DNA of 64,000 bases from Octopus sinensis. Its lineage: Eukaryota. The position numbers and the translations under genes are program-made. The stretch is from NCBI RefSeq assembly GCF_006345805.1, contig NW_021835474.1, forward strand, positions 12,313-76,312, written 5' to 3'. The notes under the pieces were generated by a model. It ran no database searches. It was not told where the DNA came from and was given only the letters and a program-made list of their open reading frames with translations. Positions 1-11,551 of the stretch are shown here, in pieces; the stretch's first letter is position 1; the number at the start of each line of letters is the position of its first letter.

Positions 1-239
1 AGGTCCTGTTAGATTTAATCCGTTGCCTGGTTTGACATGTCACATGTCTATAAGAGAGGTCTCCAGTCTGAGTCCCTACTTATTAGACATGGAGTTCCCG
101 CAAAGGGTCACGGCAGCTGACCTTCCTTCTCTGATTAACCCTTTAACATTCAGATAAGTCTCTTAACTGTAATACATTTTCATTCACATTATTTTTTTTT
201 AATTAATCATGCCTATGATTAATTAATCAATTAATCATA

Positions 240-565
240 GGCGCAGGAGTGGCTGTGTGGTAAGTAGCTTGCTAACCAACCACATGGTTTCGGGTTCAGT
301 CCCACTGCGTGGCATCTTGGGCAAGTGTCTTCTGCTATAGCCTCGGGCCGACCAATGCCTTGTGAGTGGATTTGGTAGACGGAAACTGAAAGAAGCCTGT
401 CGTATATATGTATATATATATGTGTGAGACCGATAGAAAAAGAGACCGATAGAATAAGTACTGGGCTTACAAAGAATAAGTCCCGGGGTCGATTTGCTCG
501 ACTAAAGGCAGTGCTCCAGCATGGCCGCAGTCAACTGACTAAAACAAGTAAAAGAGTAAAGAGAG
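240..565 (+). mobile_element. SINE family A (tRNA-derived head, CORE-like segment, (GAGTAAAA)n tail), internally deleted
   Basis: A-box-like TGGCTGTGTGG, B-box-like GGTTCAGTCCC, CCTTGGGCAAGTG-type core and GAGTAAAA tail; more than 10 similar copies in the window. Confidence 0.85.
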
Positions 566-701
566 TATGCATTATTTTGTAGCTTCAAAACTTTGATGAT
601 GTAATTGTATATTTTATGATGGCATTGAAGGGTAAGTGTGATAGGCTGGATCTGGTTGGTTAGAATTTAAAACAGCTAGCATATTTGGGCTTTATAGTTA
701 G

Positions 702-1820
702 GAGGTAAGCTGGCAGAATTGTTAGCAATCCAGGCAAAATGCTAAGTGGTATTTCCTGTCTTTACATTTTGAGTGCAAATACCTATTCCTTTACTACCCA
801 CAAGGGGCTAAACACAGAGAGGACAAACAAGGACAGACAAAAGGATTAAGTTGATTATATCGACCCCAGTGGTTCACTGATACTTAATTTTGTCGTCCCC
901 GAAAAGATGAGAGGCAAAGTTGACCTTGGCGGAATTTGAACTCAGAATGCAACGGCAGACAAAATACCTATTTCTTTACTACCCACAAGGGGCTAAACAC
1001 AGAGAGGACAAACAAGGACAGACAAACGGATTAAGCTGATTATATCGACCCCAGTGGTTCACTGATACTTAATTTTGTCGTCCGCGAAAGGATGAAAGGC
1101 AAAGTCGACCTCGGCCGAATTTAAACTCAGAACGTAGCGGCAGACGAAATACCTATTTCTTTACTACCCACAAGGGGCTAAACACAGAGAGGACAAGCAA
1201 GGACAGTCAAACGGATTAAGTTGATTATATCGACCCCAGTGTTTCACTGGTACTTAATTTTGTCGTCCCCGAAAGGATGAAAGGCAAAGTCGACCTCGGC
1301 CAAATTTGAACTCGGAACATAAAGACAGACGAAATACCTATTTCTTTACTACCCACAAGGGGCTAAACACAGAGGGGACAAACAAGGACAGACAAACGGA
1401 TTAAGTTGATTATATCGACCCCAGTGTTTCACTGGTACTTAATTCTGTCGTCCCCGAAAGGATGAAAGGCAAAGTCGACCTCGGCGGAATTTGAACTCAG
1501 AATGCAACGGCAGACAAAATACCTATTTCTTTACTACCCACAAGGGGCTAAACACAGAGAGGACAAACAAGGACAGACAAACGGATTAAGTTGATTATAT
1601 CGACCCCAGTGTTTCACTGGTACTTAATTTTGTCGTCCCCGAAAGGATGAAAGGCAAAGTCGACCTCGGCCAAATTTAAACTCAGAATGTAGCGGCAGAC
1701 GAAATACCGCTAAGCATTTCAGAGTCAATAAAATAAGTACCAGTTGAGTATTGGGGTTGATGAAATCGACTTGTCCTGTCCCCCATAATTTCAGGCCTTG
1801 TGCCTATGGTAGAAAGGATA
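702..1820 (+). mobile_element. Older SINE family B copy (GGCCTTGTGCC-type tail) split by an opposite-strand SINE array
   Basis: Head 702-780 (GCTGGCAGAATTGTTAGC...) and 3' part 1721-1820 (AATAAGTACCAGTTGAG...GGCCTTGTGCC) flank the 781-1720 array. Confidence 0.65.
781..1720 (-). repeat. Tandem array of five ~185-bp head-less SINE-B bodies
   Basis: Units start near 781, 966, 1151, 1336, 1521 (ACCTATTTCTTTACTACCC...); a truncated head ends at 1720. Confidence 0.9.
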
Positions 1821-1887
1821 TTTGCGCTGGATACAGTCACTTCAAATGCAAAAGGGTTAAAAAAAAAAAAAAAAAAAAAAATCCGTA

Positions 1888-2272
1888 GGCACAGGACTGG
1901 CTGTTCTGGGTTCAGTCCCACTGCGTGGCACCTTGGGCAAGTGTCTTCTACTATAGCCTCGGGCCGACCAAAGCCTTGTGAGTGGATTTGGTAGACGGAA
2001 ACTGAAAGAAGCCCGTCGTATATATGTATATATATATATATATGTGTGTGTGTGTATATGTTTGTGTGTATGTGTTTGTCCCCCTAGCATTGCTTGACAA
2101 CCGATGCTAGTGTGTTTGTGTCCCCGTCACTTAGCGGTTCGGCAAAAAGAGACCGATAGAATAAGTACTGGGCTTATAAAAGAATAAGTGCCGGGGTCGA
2201 GTTGCTCGATTAAAGGCGATGCTCCAGCATGGCCGCAGTCAAATGACTGAAACAAGTAAAAGAGAGAAAGAG
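1888..2272 (+). mobile_element. SINE family A
   Basis: Same consensus as 4823-5243 with a small deletion in the head. Confidence 0.85.
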
Positions 2273-2386
2273 ACTCTGTGAATTGTCTGATGTGTGAAGA
2301 AGTGATTTAGACAAGAATTAAAAGGAAAATGATCAAAACTGAAGATAAGAAATATATTTATTCAATGTACGCAACTGTGAAGTTTC

Positions 2387-2604
2387 TTACAAAATGCATG
2401 TTGATAGGTTGTTGTTTTCAGAATGAGACTTCACTTCTATTAAATTACGGGATGTGATTTTCTCTGGTTTAAATTTAAGATTCCTTTTTCTCTGACAAGT
2501 TATCAGGAAGTGCAAAGATGCTAATGATAGGAATGTAAGAATTTCAAATAGTCCAGTGAGATAAAAAGCGAAGTCATAGCTGTGTGTAATATCTGTGATT
2601 TTAC
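2387..2604 (-). CDS. SLC16/MCT-like transporter paralog A, coding exon 5 (last)
   Basis: Acceptor TTTTCTAG|GT; phase-1 translation GKITDITHSYDFAFYLTGLFEIL...STCIL* resembles the MCT TM11-12 region; homologous to 31136-31284. Confidence 0.85.
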
Positions 2605-2784
2605 CTAGAAAAGAAAAAAAAATAGCAAAATTATAATAGATAAGGTTATTTAGAATGAAAGCTGGTTAAGTTGCTACAATTACTCCAGTTTAATATAAAT
2701 ACTTTACACCATCAAGCTATACAAATTTGAAACCAAACAATTGTTGCGGAAAAGATCAAGGCTACATGTAAATTTAGACCCCCC

Positions 2785-3118
2785 TTTAGTTATAAATGAC
2801 TATGGGATTGCACCTAGAAAGTCCCCCCCGCCAAGGCATAAGTCTGGCCAAGGTTGTTTATGGAAGACCAGCGGTTGACCAGGCATACCAGCCTCACCTT
2901 TCCATGCCACTGATGTTACCCAAGGGAAAGGCAAAGGGGCCGAGACAGCTTGGCACCAGTGACATCGCAACTCATTTCTACAGCTAAAAGAACTGGAGCA
3001 ATATGAAATAAAGTATCTTACTCAAGAACACAACACACAGCCTGGTCCGGGAATCGAACTCACATCCTCAAGATTATGAGTCCAACACTCTAACCACTGA
3101 GCCATGTGATCTTCACAT
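2785..3118 (-). mobile_element. SINE family C (tRNA head plus CORE-like domain)
   Basis: Reverse complement has TGGCTCAGTGG and GAGTTCGATTCCC boxes and TGTGTTCTTGAGTAAG...CTGTAGAAATGAG core; 3' part shared with 31965-32470. Confidence 0.75.
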
Positions 3119-3477
3119 CTAAATACCTGTAACCATATTCAGTTACACTGTTTCATCACTTTCTATGTTATATATTACTTGTGCTGATCTTCTGTATTCA
3201 GTTGTGATGCTATATTCAGTCAAACATTTATACATGTTCTATTAAATTTCAAAATAATTAGCTATCAACACGTCAGTGTTAGCTATAAACCTAAATAAAT
3301 CACCAATCAGGAAGCAGTTGAATCCAATTGTAGTGTCCGATTGAGAGGTGCATTGTTAACATTATAGTAGTCTGGATACCATTGGTGACATCCAGACTAC
3401 AGTGGAGAAGGCAGGCCACTGGATTTGGTTATAAAGAGATGATAAGCAATGGTTTGAAGAAATTTGAGCAAAACCTA

Positions 3478-4603
3478 TTTCTTTACTACCCACAAGGGGC
3501 TACACACAGAGAGGACAAACAAGGACAGACAAACAGATTAAGTTGATTACATCGACCCCAGTGCGTAACTGGTATTTATTTAGTCGACCCCGAAAGGATG
3601 AAAGGCAAAGTCGACCTCGACGGAATTTGAACTCAGAACGTAACGGCAGACGAAATACCTAAACATAGAGGGGACAAACAAGGACAGACAAACGGATTAA
3701 GTCGATTATATCGACCCCAGTGCGTAACTGGTACTTATTTAATCGACCCCGAAAGGATGAAAGGCAAAGTCGACCTCGGCGGAATTTGAACTCAGAACGT
3801 AACGGCAGAAGAAATACCTATTTCTTTACTATCCACAAGGGGCTACACACAGAAGGGACAAACAAGGACAGACAAACGGATTAAGTCGATTATATTGACC
3901 CCAGTGCGTAACTGGTACTTATTTAATCAACTCCGAAAGGATGAAAGGCAAAGTCGACCTCGACGGAATTTCAACACAGAACGTAACGGCAGATGAAATA
4001 CCTATTTCTTTACTACCCACAAGGGGCTACACACAGAGAGGACAAAGAAGGACAGACAAACGGATTAAGTCGATTATATTGACCCCAGTGCATAACTGGT
4101 ACTTATTTAATCGACCCCGAAAGGATGAAAGGCAAAGTCGACCTTGGTGGAATTTGAACTCAGAACGTAGCGGCAGACAAAATACCTATTTCTTTACGAC
4201 CCACAAGGGGCTAAACACAGAGGGGACAAACAAGGACAGACAAACGGATTAAGTCGATTATATTGACTCCAGTGCGTAACTGGTACTTATTTAATCGACC
4301 CCGAAAGGATGAAAGGCAAAGTTGACCTTGATGGAATTTGAACTCAGAACGTAGTGGCAAACGAAATACCTATTTCTTTACTACCCATAAGGGGCTAAAC
4401 ACAGAGAGGACAAAGAAGGACAGACAAACGGATTAAGTCGATTATATTGACCCAAGTGCGTAACTGTTACTTATTTAATCGACCCCGAAAGAATGAAAGG
4501 CAAAGTCGACCTCGACGGAATTTGAACTCAGAACGTAGCGGCAGACGAAATACGGCTACGCATTTCGCCCGGTGTGCTAACGTTTCTGCCAGCTCCCTGC
4601 CTT
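3478..4603 (-). repeat. SINE-B multimer: one head plus six ~184-bp bodies, flanked by a 17-bp TSD
   Basis: AATTTGAGCAAAACCTA at 3461-3477 and 4604-4620; head at ~4552-4601; unit 2 lacks ~25 bp. Confidence 0.9.
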
Positions 4604-4822
4604 AATTTGAGCAAAACCTAATAACCAGTTGATCTAGCAGACAGGGCTTCATTTCAACGAGTGGGGCTGGTGCACAACGATGCCATTGAGAGGAAGACCC
4701 CCGCCAAATAGCGTGCATTCTCTCCCATAAACTTGCTAGCGTCCAGTATGCAGAGCTTTGAACTGGTAGCACATGCATCTGCAAGTTGTATGCAAAAAAA
4801 AAAAAAAATGAATGGCAAGGTA

Positions 4823-5243
4823 GGCGCAGGAGTGGCTGTGTGGTAAGTAGCTTGCTAACCAACCACATGGTTCCGGGTTCAGTCCCACTGCGTGGCATCT
4901 TGCGCAAGTGTCTTCTGCTATAGCCTCAGGCCGACCAATGCCTTGTGAGTGGATTTGGTAGACGGAAACTGAAAGAAGCCTGTCGTATATATGTATATAT
5001 ATATATATGTATGTGTGTGTATATGTTTGTGTGTCTGTGTTTGTCCCTCTAGCATTGCTTGACAACCGATGCTGGTGTGTTTACGTCCCCATCACTTAGC
5101 GGTTCGGCAAAAGAGACCGATAGAATAAGTACTGGGCTTACAAAGAATAAGTCCCGTAGTCAATTTGCTCGACTAAAGGCGGTGCTCCAGCATGGCCGCA
5201 GTCAAATGACTGACACAAGTAAAAGAGTAAAAGAGAGAAAGAG
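4823..5243 (+). mobile_element. SINE family A, full length
   Basis: Complete head, internal (TA)/(GT) tract and GAGTAAAA tail, with TA on both sides. Confidence 0.9.
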
Positions 5244-5245
5244 TA

Positions 5246-5456
5246 GCAAGCAGAGAAAATCGTTAGCACACCAGGTGAAATACTTAGCAACCTTTCATTT
5301 AGCTTTACATTCTGAGTTCAAATTCCACCTAGGGTGACTTTGCCTTTCATCCTTTCTGGATTGATAAATTAATTACCAGTTGAACATTGGGGTTCATGTA
5401 ATCAACTTAATCCTCCCCTAAAATTGCTGGCCTTGTGCCAAAATATGAAACCAGTA
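5246..5456 (+). mobile_element. Degenerate SINE family B copy (GGCCTTGTGCCAAAA tail)
   Basis: GAAAATCGTTAGCACACCAGGTGAAAT head and GAGTTCAAATTCC box; tail differs from the array units. Confidence 0.7.
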
Positions 5457-5529
5457 TAACCGACAAAAGCAGTGAGCTGGATGAATGGTTACTGTGATGG
5501 AATAACTGTTTAGGTATTTCTGCCTACTT

Positions 5530-5845
5530 TCATCATCATCATCGTTTAACGTCCGTTCTCCATGCTAGCATGGGTTGGACGGTTCGACCGGGGACCTGGG
5601 AAGCCAGAAGGCTGCACCAGGCTCCAGTCTGATCTGGCAGTGTTTCTACAGTGGATGCCCTTCCTAACGCCAACCACTCCGTGGGTGTAGTTGATGCTTT
5701 TTACGTGCCACCTGCACAGGTGCCAGGCGAGGCTGGCAACGGCCATGGTCAGATTGATGCATTTTACGTGCCACCGGCACGGAGGCCAGGCGAGGCGGCA
5801 CTGGCAAAGTCGAGGCGGCACTGGCAGTCGAGGCGGCACTGGCAA
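5530..5845 (-). mobile_element. SINE-like repeat D with (GAT)n tail and internal TTTTACGTGCCACC repeats
   Basis: CATCATCATCGTTTAACGTCCG terminus; related copy at ~35725-36030. Confidence 0.6.
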
Positions 5846-5923
5846 AGATGTCACGCAGTGGGAATGAACCCGGAACCATGTGGTTGGTTAGCAAGCTACT
5901 TACCACACAGCCACTCCTGCGCC
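5845..5923 (-). mobile_element. SINE family A head fragment
   Basis: Reverse complement of the tRNA-like head only. Confidence 0.75.
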
Positions 5924-6247
5924 TACTTTATGTTCTGAATTCAAATACTGCTGGTTTTTATATTGCCCTTCATCCTTTTGGGGTCAATAAAGTTGATCTA
6001 GCTGGCAGGGCTTCATTTCAGTGAGTGGGGCTGGTGCACAATAATGTTATTGAGAGGGAGACCCCAAAATGGCGTGCATTCTCTCCTGATGACCCCATAA
6101 ATTTGCTAGCATCAATAAAGTAAGTACCAGTTGAACTCTGGGGCCAGTGTAATCAATTTATCTCATCCCACAAAATTGCTGTCTTGTGTCAGAATTTGAA
6201 ACCCATATTATGATTCACAAAGCCTGGATCAGGCATGTCACACTTAC

Positions 6248-6993
6248 CTACAATGGTTGCAGCTGGCACTGTACATATCCCATTCACAGTGAAAGTAAAG
6301 CCAATAGCCATGGATAAGCTTCAATACCGACAACTTTTTTGAAGACCAGGGGACGTATCGTGGATATCATTCCACGACAAAATCCATTCAAGATTCCCAG
6401 GAAAATCAATGGCGATAAAGTATCGCACAACGGAGCAAAAATGAAGAACATTCCACTTACACCACAAACGATGTAAAATATGAGAACGAGTACTTGTGTT
6501 AAGTCGAATAAGACGCTGAAGAACCCAAAGACAAGTCTGCTTGCCATGCTTGAAATACTTATAAAAGTCATTAGTGTAATCCCTTCTAATATTGGATGGC
6601 CCTTTCCAACCCAAAAATCAATAATAAGGAGCAAAACAAGGGAGCCACAACATGTATTTATTGATGCAGCAGTTGATAATATCAAAAAACGTTTGTTTTT
6701 CAATATTTTCATATCGAATATTTTTAGTCGTTCAACCTTGGCATCAGATTTTGGTTTTCTGTCAACTTTTGTCAACAATCCTGAAAAACACATGTTCAAA
6801 CTGAAGCCAGACAGAATCATCAAGGCTCCTCTCCAAGAGTAGATATTTAAGAGCGTATCTACTAAAAATGGTACACATAAAGTTCCGAATGGGGCACATA
6901 CTGTCAGTGTAATGGATAGAACATGAACATTTTTGTGGAATAATTTCTCCAAAGCTGCATAACCGACGATATTGTTGATGGCTGCTCCAGAAC
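6248..6993 (-). CDS. SLC16/MCT-like paralog A, coding exon 4 (TM5-TM10), 1-nt frameshift near 6310
   Basis: Acceptor TTTCAG|GT at 6995-6994 and donor G|GTAAG at 6247; GSGAAINNIVGYAALEKLFHK...YSWRGALMILSG...; 746 nt where 747 is needed; frame restored in comparison with paralog B. Confidence 0.85.
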
Positions 6994-7112
6994 CTGAAAT
7001 AGAAAATAAAGAAAGATGATTGTATGAAAGATATTGTAGGTTTGTTATAGAAGCACACGGCCTGTAGATTACTCAATCAGGGAAAGGCTGTGCATGTGTG
7101 TGTACGGTACTG

Positions 7113-7533
7113 GGATCTTTTCGGTTTGAACGGCAGTTTTTAAAAATAATTTCCACGTAACTAAACACTTTTAAACTTCGTATACTGGTAGAATGTGTTT
7201 ATAAAGCATCTTTTTCTCTTGGCTTTATTGAGAAAATTCTATGGTTTGTAAGATATTTGTTGTTTTTTTTCTTCAATTTCTGCAATTTCAACCAATCGAT
7301 GACGTCTATTCTGTGCCGTATGAATATGTCCCTCGTTTTAGAAACAGATTGGGTTTATTTACATTTGTGAAGAAAAAAAGATACCCTTCCCCCACCCCTA
7401 ACCCTAACCCGTAACCCTAACTCTAACCCTAACCCTAAAACAGATTGAAACAGATCGATTCTAGGGTCATAATTATGCGTGACAATTTCATATGACACCG
7501 CTAAAAAAACTGCCGTTCAAACCGAAAAGATCC
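7113..7533. mobile_element. MITE with ~28-bp TIRs and internal (CCCTAA)n
   Basis: GGATCTTTTCGGTTTGAACGGCAGTTTTT and its reverse complement at the ends; second copy at 43247-44050. Confidence 0.85.
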
Positions 7534-7929
7534 AGGTACTGTATTGATAGTTATGTAGAAATATTCATGTGTATTCTTACCTTCGTTTGTATGTATATAG
7601 GCACATATATACATATGTATATACATATAACAAGTACTCAAAGTTTGGAACCCAGTCTGTGCAGTAACGCGAGAAGGCCACAACACATCAAGTTTCCATA
7701 TTTGGTTGCGATAGTCTTTATCAGGTGATTTTGATTCATATTTTAGTCAATCGTAATTCAGGTGCAACTGTGTAATGGAAAGACTAATGAAAAATTCCGT
7801 GCTTTTTTTGGCACCAAATCATGGCTATAAATCGAGATGCGTAGGAAATAGATAGCAGAAGATTTGCAGAGGCTTTCTTGGTTAGATAAAGAAGGTGAGA
7901 CTCGTGGCGAAACTATAGGGAATAGAAGA

Positions 7930-9690
7930 AATGGCTAGCCTTATGCCGTTGTACTTAGAAGGCAGAGCGCTGAATCTTTACTTGGAGACGGATGAAACGG
8001 ATCAAGAGAAAGTGGAAAAAATTGAAGAACGGCTGAAGGACGCGTAGATGGAGGGGGATTTTAATGCCTACAGCCAGTTCAGGAGAGTGAGATGGAACGG
8101 CGAGCAGATAGATAACTACACGAGCGATATTAGGAGGTTGGTGGGTCTAGCAGAGTTTACTGGAGCAGCAATGGAGCGGATGGTGAAGCTGGCTTTTGTA
8201 ACTGGCTCCGTCAACCATATCTCTCTGCGTCTGCAGCAGATGCCAGATATTGAAACGATGTCGGTAGGAGAGATGATCGACAAATGGCGGGCGTTGTCGC
8301 AAAGTGACACTCGCGACGTAACGGCAAAAATGACGGCAGATACGAGTGGAACGAAGAGGCAGGCAGCAAACAACGGCAGCAAGAGTCTGGCGAGGCGAAC
8401 GGCCAAGGGACCATGCTTCAGACGTCGAGGTCCACACAGGGTCAAGGAATGCACGGACCGAGGCCACAGGTGGTGTGTTACCGATGCGGCCACCCTGGGC
8501 ACAGTGAATAACTGCAATCCAGGAAACAAGCAGAGAGGGAACTACTGTGCTGTTGGTTCCCTCCATGAACAATTGAAGGCACACCACCGAATGTTGCCTG
8601 TAGTGATGTTTATGGTGGGGGCGAGCGAAGCACAAGCCCTCGTGGATACGGAAATGAAGATACAGGAGTCCCGTGTTGAGGCTGCAGGCGATTGTAGTTG
8701 ATGAAGTGGTGGACGGCGTTGATGTAGTGGTCGGAATGGACGTCATCATACGATTGGGTGGTGTGACAGTTGGCGGGGCAGGAGTAGAGTTTGGTGACTG
8801 GTGTTCTGCAAGCCGTGGGTGTGGAGCGGAGAAAGAAGACTGTAGGAGTCATGGATTACGGGCACAGAGAGGGTCTTTCATAGTCGTAGTTGAGGGTGAG
8901 GACTTCCGCGCTGAGTTTGACGGTGAAAGATGGACGGTGGAGTACTTCTTGAAGGGAGAACCTTCCCTACAGAGAAACATGGTGAGCTGCTATGAGTACA
9001 CCCTGAAAGGAGAAATCAGGGTGAGTTCGAGACAGAGGTGAACAGGTGGATACTGATGCCATGGAGTGAGGAGACGACGGGCGGTGTGCTGCCGTTGATG
9101 GCTGTGGTTCAGCCGACAAAGAACAAGGTTCGAGCAGTGCTAGACCTTCAAGGAACTTATCGAATATGTGTTGTGTTGTATGGGTGGCGAGGCAGCAGAC
9201 GTGTGTGGAGAAACAACGTCGTGAGTGGAGGCAAATGGTGGGGGTCGACTACGCTCGTCGACCTCATATTGGCCTATCTGTGTAACTCCATGTATCAGAA
9301 AAGTTGTGGAAGTGTAAATTAGTGAGGTACAGGGGCAGAATGTACGGCCCTGGCTCAACTGGGCTTCAGCCTGTGTTTGGCACCGAGGACCATGACGAAA
9401 CAAAGCAGAAGAGCAGTGATCCTTAGATCAGTGGGGCGTGCTGTGGAAGGGAGAGGGAGAGATGGTACAGGAAGATCAGAAGGGAAGAGATGATGTCACG
9501 TCGACGTGCAAGAAGGCAAGTTTCCCTCTTTGTCATGCTGTCATCAATAGAGGCCAGACGTGGCGAAGAGAGGTCATGACAACACATGTTAACAATTGAA
9601 CAAATTTGAGGGCGGTACCCGATTACAAGTCGAGGTAAGAACGATTATATTTCCGTGCCTTTAATCCACGCTTGTAGTTTTTTCTTGTAA
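7930..9690 (+). mobile_element. Degenerate Gypsy-like LTR retrotransposon relic (gag, zinc knuckles, protease, start of RT) in intron 3 of paralog A
   Basis: Broken ORFs 8048-8701, 8673-9041, 9038-9322; CYRCGHPGH knuckle, ALVDT protease motif, PLMAVVQPTKNKVR; purine tract near 9446-9460. Confidence 0.7.
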
Positions 9691-9809
9691 CTGCCAGAGT
9701 TTCGAATGCTGAGTACAGTTACAAGCCATATTGAAATTCTAGCTAATGTCTAACTGAATAAATCAAATATGTCTTGGTTAGTATTTCAGTTATAATTTGT
9801 TGAACTTAC

Positions 9810-9953
9810 CAAATAAGATTCCAAGTGAGAAAAACAGGAACCAAATGTTTGGTGTAAAGCTGCTTGCAAACAAACCAATCGAACACAAAGCACTGGCAAC
9901 GATAAATGACCACCCAACACCAATTTTTCTGTATAACATTCCTGCGAATATTC
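9810..9953 (-). CDS. SLC16/MCT-like paralog A, coding exon 3
   Basis: TTTGCAG|GA...TTTG|GTAAG, 144 nt, phase 1-1; GIFAGMLYRKIGVGWSFIVASALCSIGLFASSF; near-identical to 36088-36231. Confidence 0.9.
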
Positions 9954-10362
9954 CTGCAAATGAAAAGTGAAAATTTAAGGAAAATTTTGCTAAATTTAAG
10001 GAATTTAAGGAATTTAAGGAAAATTTAAGGAAAATTTAAGGAAAATTTTGCTAAATACTGATGAAATAGAATAAGATAATTATTATATTCTGTTAAAGTG
10101 AAAAAAAAAAGAAGGAATTTTCTAGAATAATTAGTGCTTGAAGGAGAATTAATATTTTTGTTTTTGATCTTTAATATCTTCACATATTTTTCTAACTCTG
10201 ATCTAATTCTTTTTTCAAATGTATAAGAATTCGGTATATTTGGGTTGCTCAGAAACGGTTCCGAACGATAAGGTGAAAGGGCAAAGATTATTGACCAAGG
10301 TATTAGCTTATTTTATTTATTTATTTATTTTTTTTCTACGTGTGGAATTTTTGACTACCTAC

Positions 10363-10580
10363 CTCCACAACCTAAAGTTGCTGTACACGCTGATGTTATC
10401 ATGGCTGTTTCAGATTTTGAAGTGTTAAATTCTTTGATGAAGTAGATATATAAGATGCCGAGAGAGTAAGCAATGCCAAAGCCCAAAATATTGTTGTATA
10501 ATATAGAGACATAAGCCAGATATTTGATGAAAGAGGAACATTTACGAGATTTATGATCTTCCGGTGTGCACTTCATTGCC
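10363..10580 (-). CDS. SLC16/MCT-like paralog A, coding exon 2 (TM1)
   Basis: TTTCCAG|G GCA ATG...GGA G|GTAGG; NNILGFGIAYSLGILYIYFIKEFNTSKSETAMITS resembles MCT TM1-TM2. Confidence 0.9.
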
Positions 10581-10879
10581 CTGGAAATAAAGAAGAAAAA
10601 CATGTAGTAGTAGTAGTAGTAGTAGTAGTAGTAACAGCAGCAGCATTAGTAGTAGCAGCAGAAACAGCAACAGTAATTGCGGCAGAAGCTCTAGCAAGAA
10701 CAGAGGTAGCAGCACTACTAATAAAGATGTATTTTTATAATGTTGCGCACATATTGGTTGTGATGCATGTACCCTAATGTAACCTTATCAGATGGGTGGT
10801 CATGATGGGTATACTGGGCTTCATATATTTAACCCCAGTGTCACTCTGATGGCATAACAACAACAACAACAACAACAAC

Positions 10880-11120
10880 AATAATAATCAGTGTGACCAT
10901 CAGATTAGCTATCAGCAACTTGGCGTTGTTGTGGTGAGCAAAAACGATAAAACATTCCTGATAATCGACATAGCACGTCCTGATGGCAACACGATCGAAG
11001 AGAAAAAAGGAAGAAAAAGCGATGATTTGAAGCGGGAAATACGCAGGGCGTGGGGGGACTGAAGCAGGTGGACGCTATAGAAATAGTGATTGGCGCGCTT
11101 AGAGGTGTCAGCACTCAACT
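10880..11120 (+). mobile_element. Fragment of a restriction-like endonuclease (R4/Dong-type) non-LTR retrotransposon
   Basis: Broken translation CDHQI...VVVSKNDKTFLIIDIARPD...EEKK...DLKREIRRAW...IVIGAL resembles the PD..D RLE domain; adjacent to a (CAA/TAA)n tract. Confidence 0.55.
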
Positions 11121-11142
11121 ACCAACATGACTCAAAAAAGAT

Positions 11143-11307
11143 TGGTAAGTAGCTTGTTTACCAACCACATGGTTCCGGGTTCAGTCCCACTGTGTGGCAC
11201 CTTGGGCAAGTGTCTTCTCCTAAAGCTTCGAGCCGACCAAAGCCTTGCGAGTGGATTTGGTAGACGGAAACTGAAAGAAGCCCGTCGTATATATGTATAT
11301 ATATATA

Positions 11308-11344
<37 letters not shown>

Positions 11345-11551
11345 GTGTGTGTGTGTGTTTGTGTGTCTGTGTTTGTCCCCCTAGCATTGCTTGACAACCG
11401 ATGCTGGTGTGTTTATGTCCCCGTTACTTACTGGTTCGGCAAAAGAGACCGATAGAATAAGTCCCGAGGTCGAGTTGCTCGATTAAAGGCGGTGCTCCAG
11501 CATGGCCGCAGTCAAATGACTGAAACAAGTAAAAGAGTAAAAGAGTAAAGA
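11143..11551 (+). mobile_element. SINE family A, 5'-truncated
   Basis: Matches family A consensus. Confidence 0.85.

Noticed and set aside
240-320. SINE heads as genuine tRNA genes
   Set aside because: A/B boxes are present but no complete cloverleaf is evident, and each continues into a SINE body
3367-3400. 11-bp stem hairpin GTAGTCTGGAT/ATCCAGACTAC in intron 4 of paralog A
   Set aside because: Single short hairpin, not evident in paralog B, no recognisable motif
781-4603. Regular ~185-bp repeats as a CRISPR-like array
   Set aside because: Whole units are repeated with no unique spacers, no cas genes are present, and the units are SINE bodies
6994-7061. Upstream AG at 7063-7062 (and 33360-33359) as the exon 4 acceptor
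   Set aside because: It gives an in-frame stop after a phase-1 join; the acceptor at 6995-6994 restores the MCT-like frame
7395-7440. (CCCTAA)n as a telomere remnant or fusion site
   Set aside because: Only a few units, internal to a MITE and present in its second copy
10066-10100. CTGATGA as another hammerhead core
   Set aside because: No helix II/GAAA/NUH arrangement follows, in an AT-rich intron
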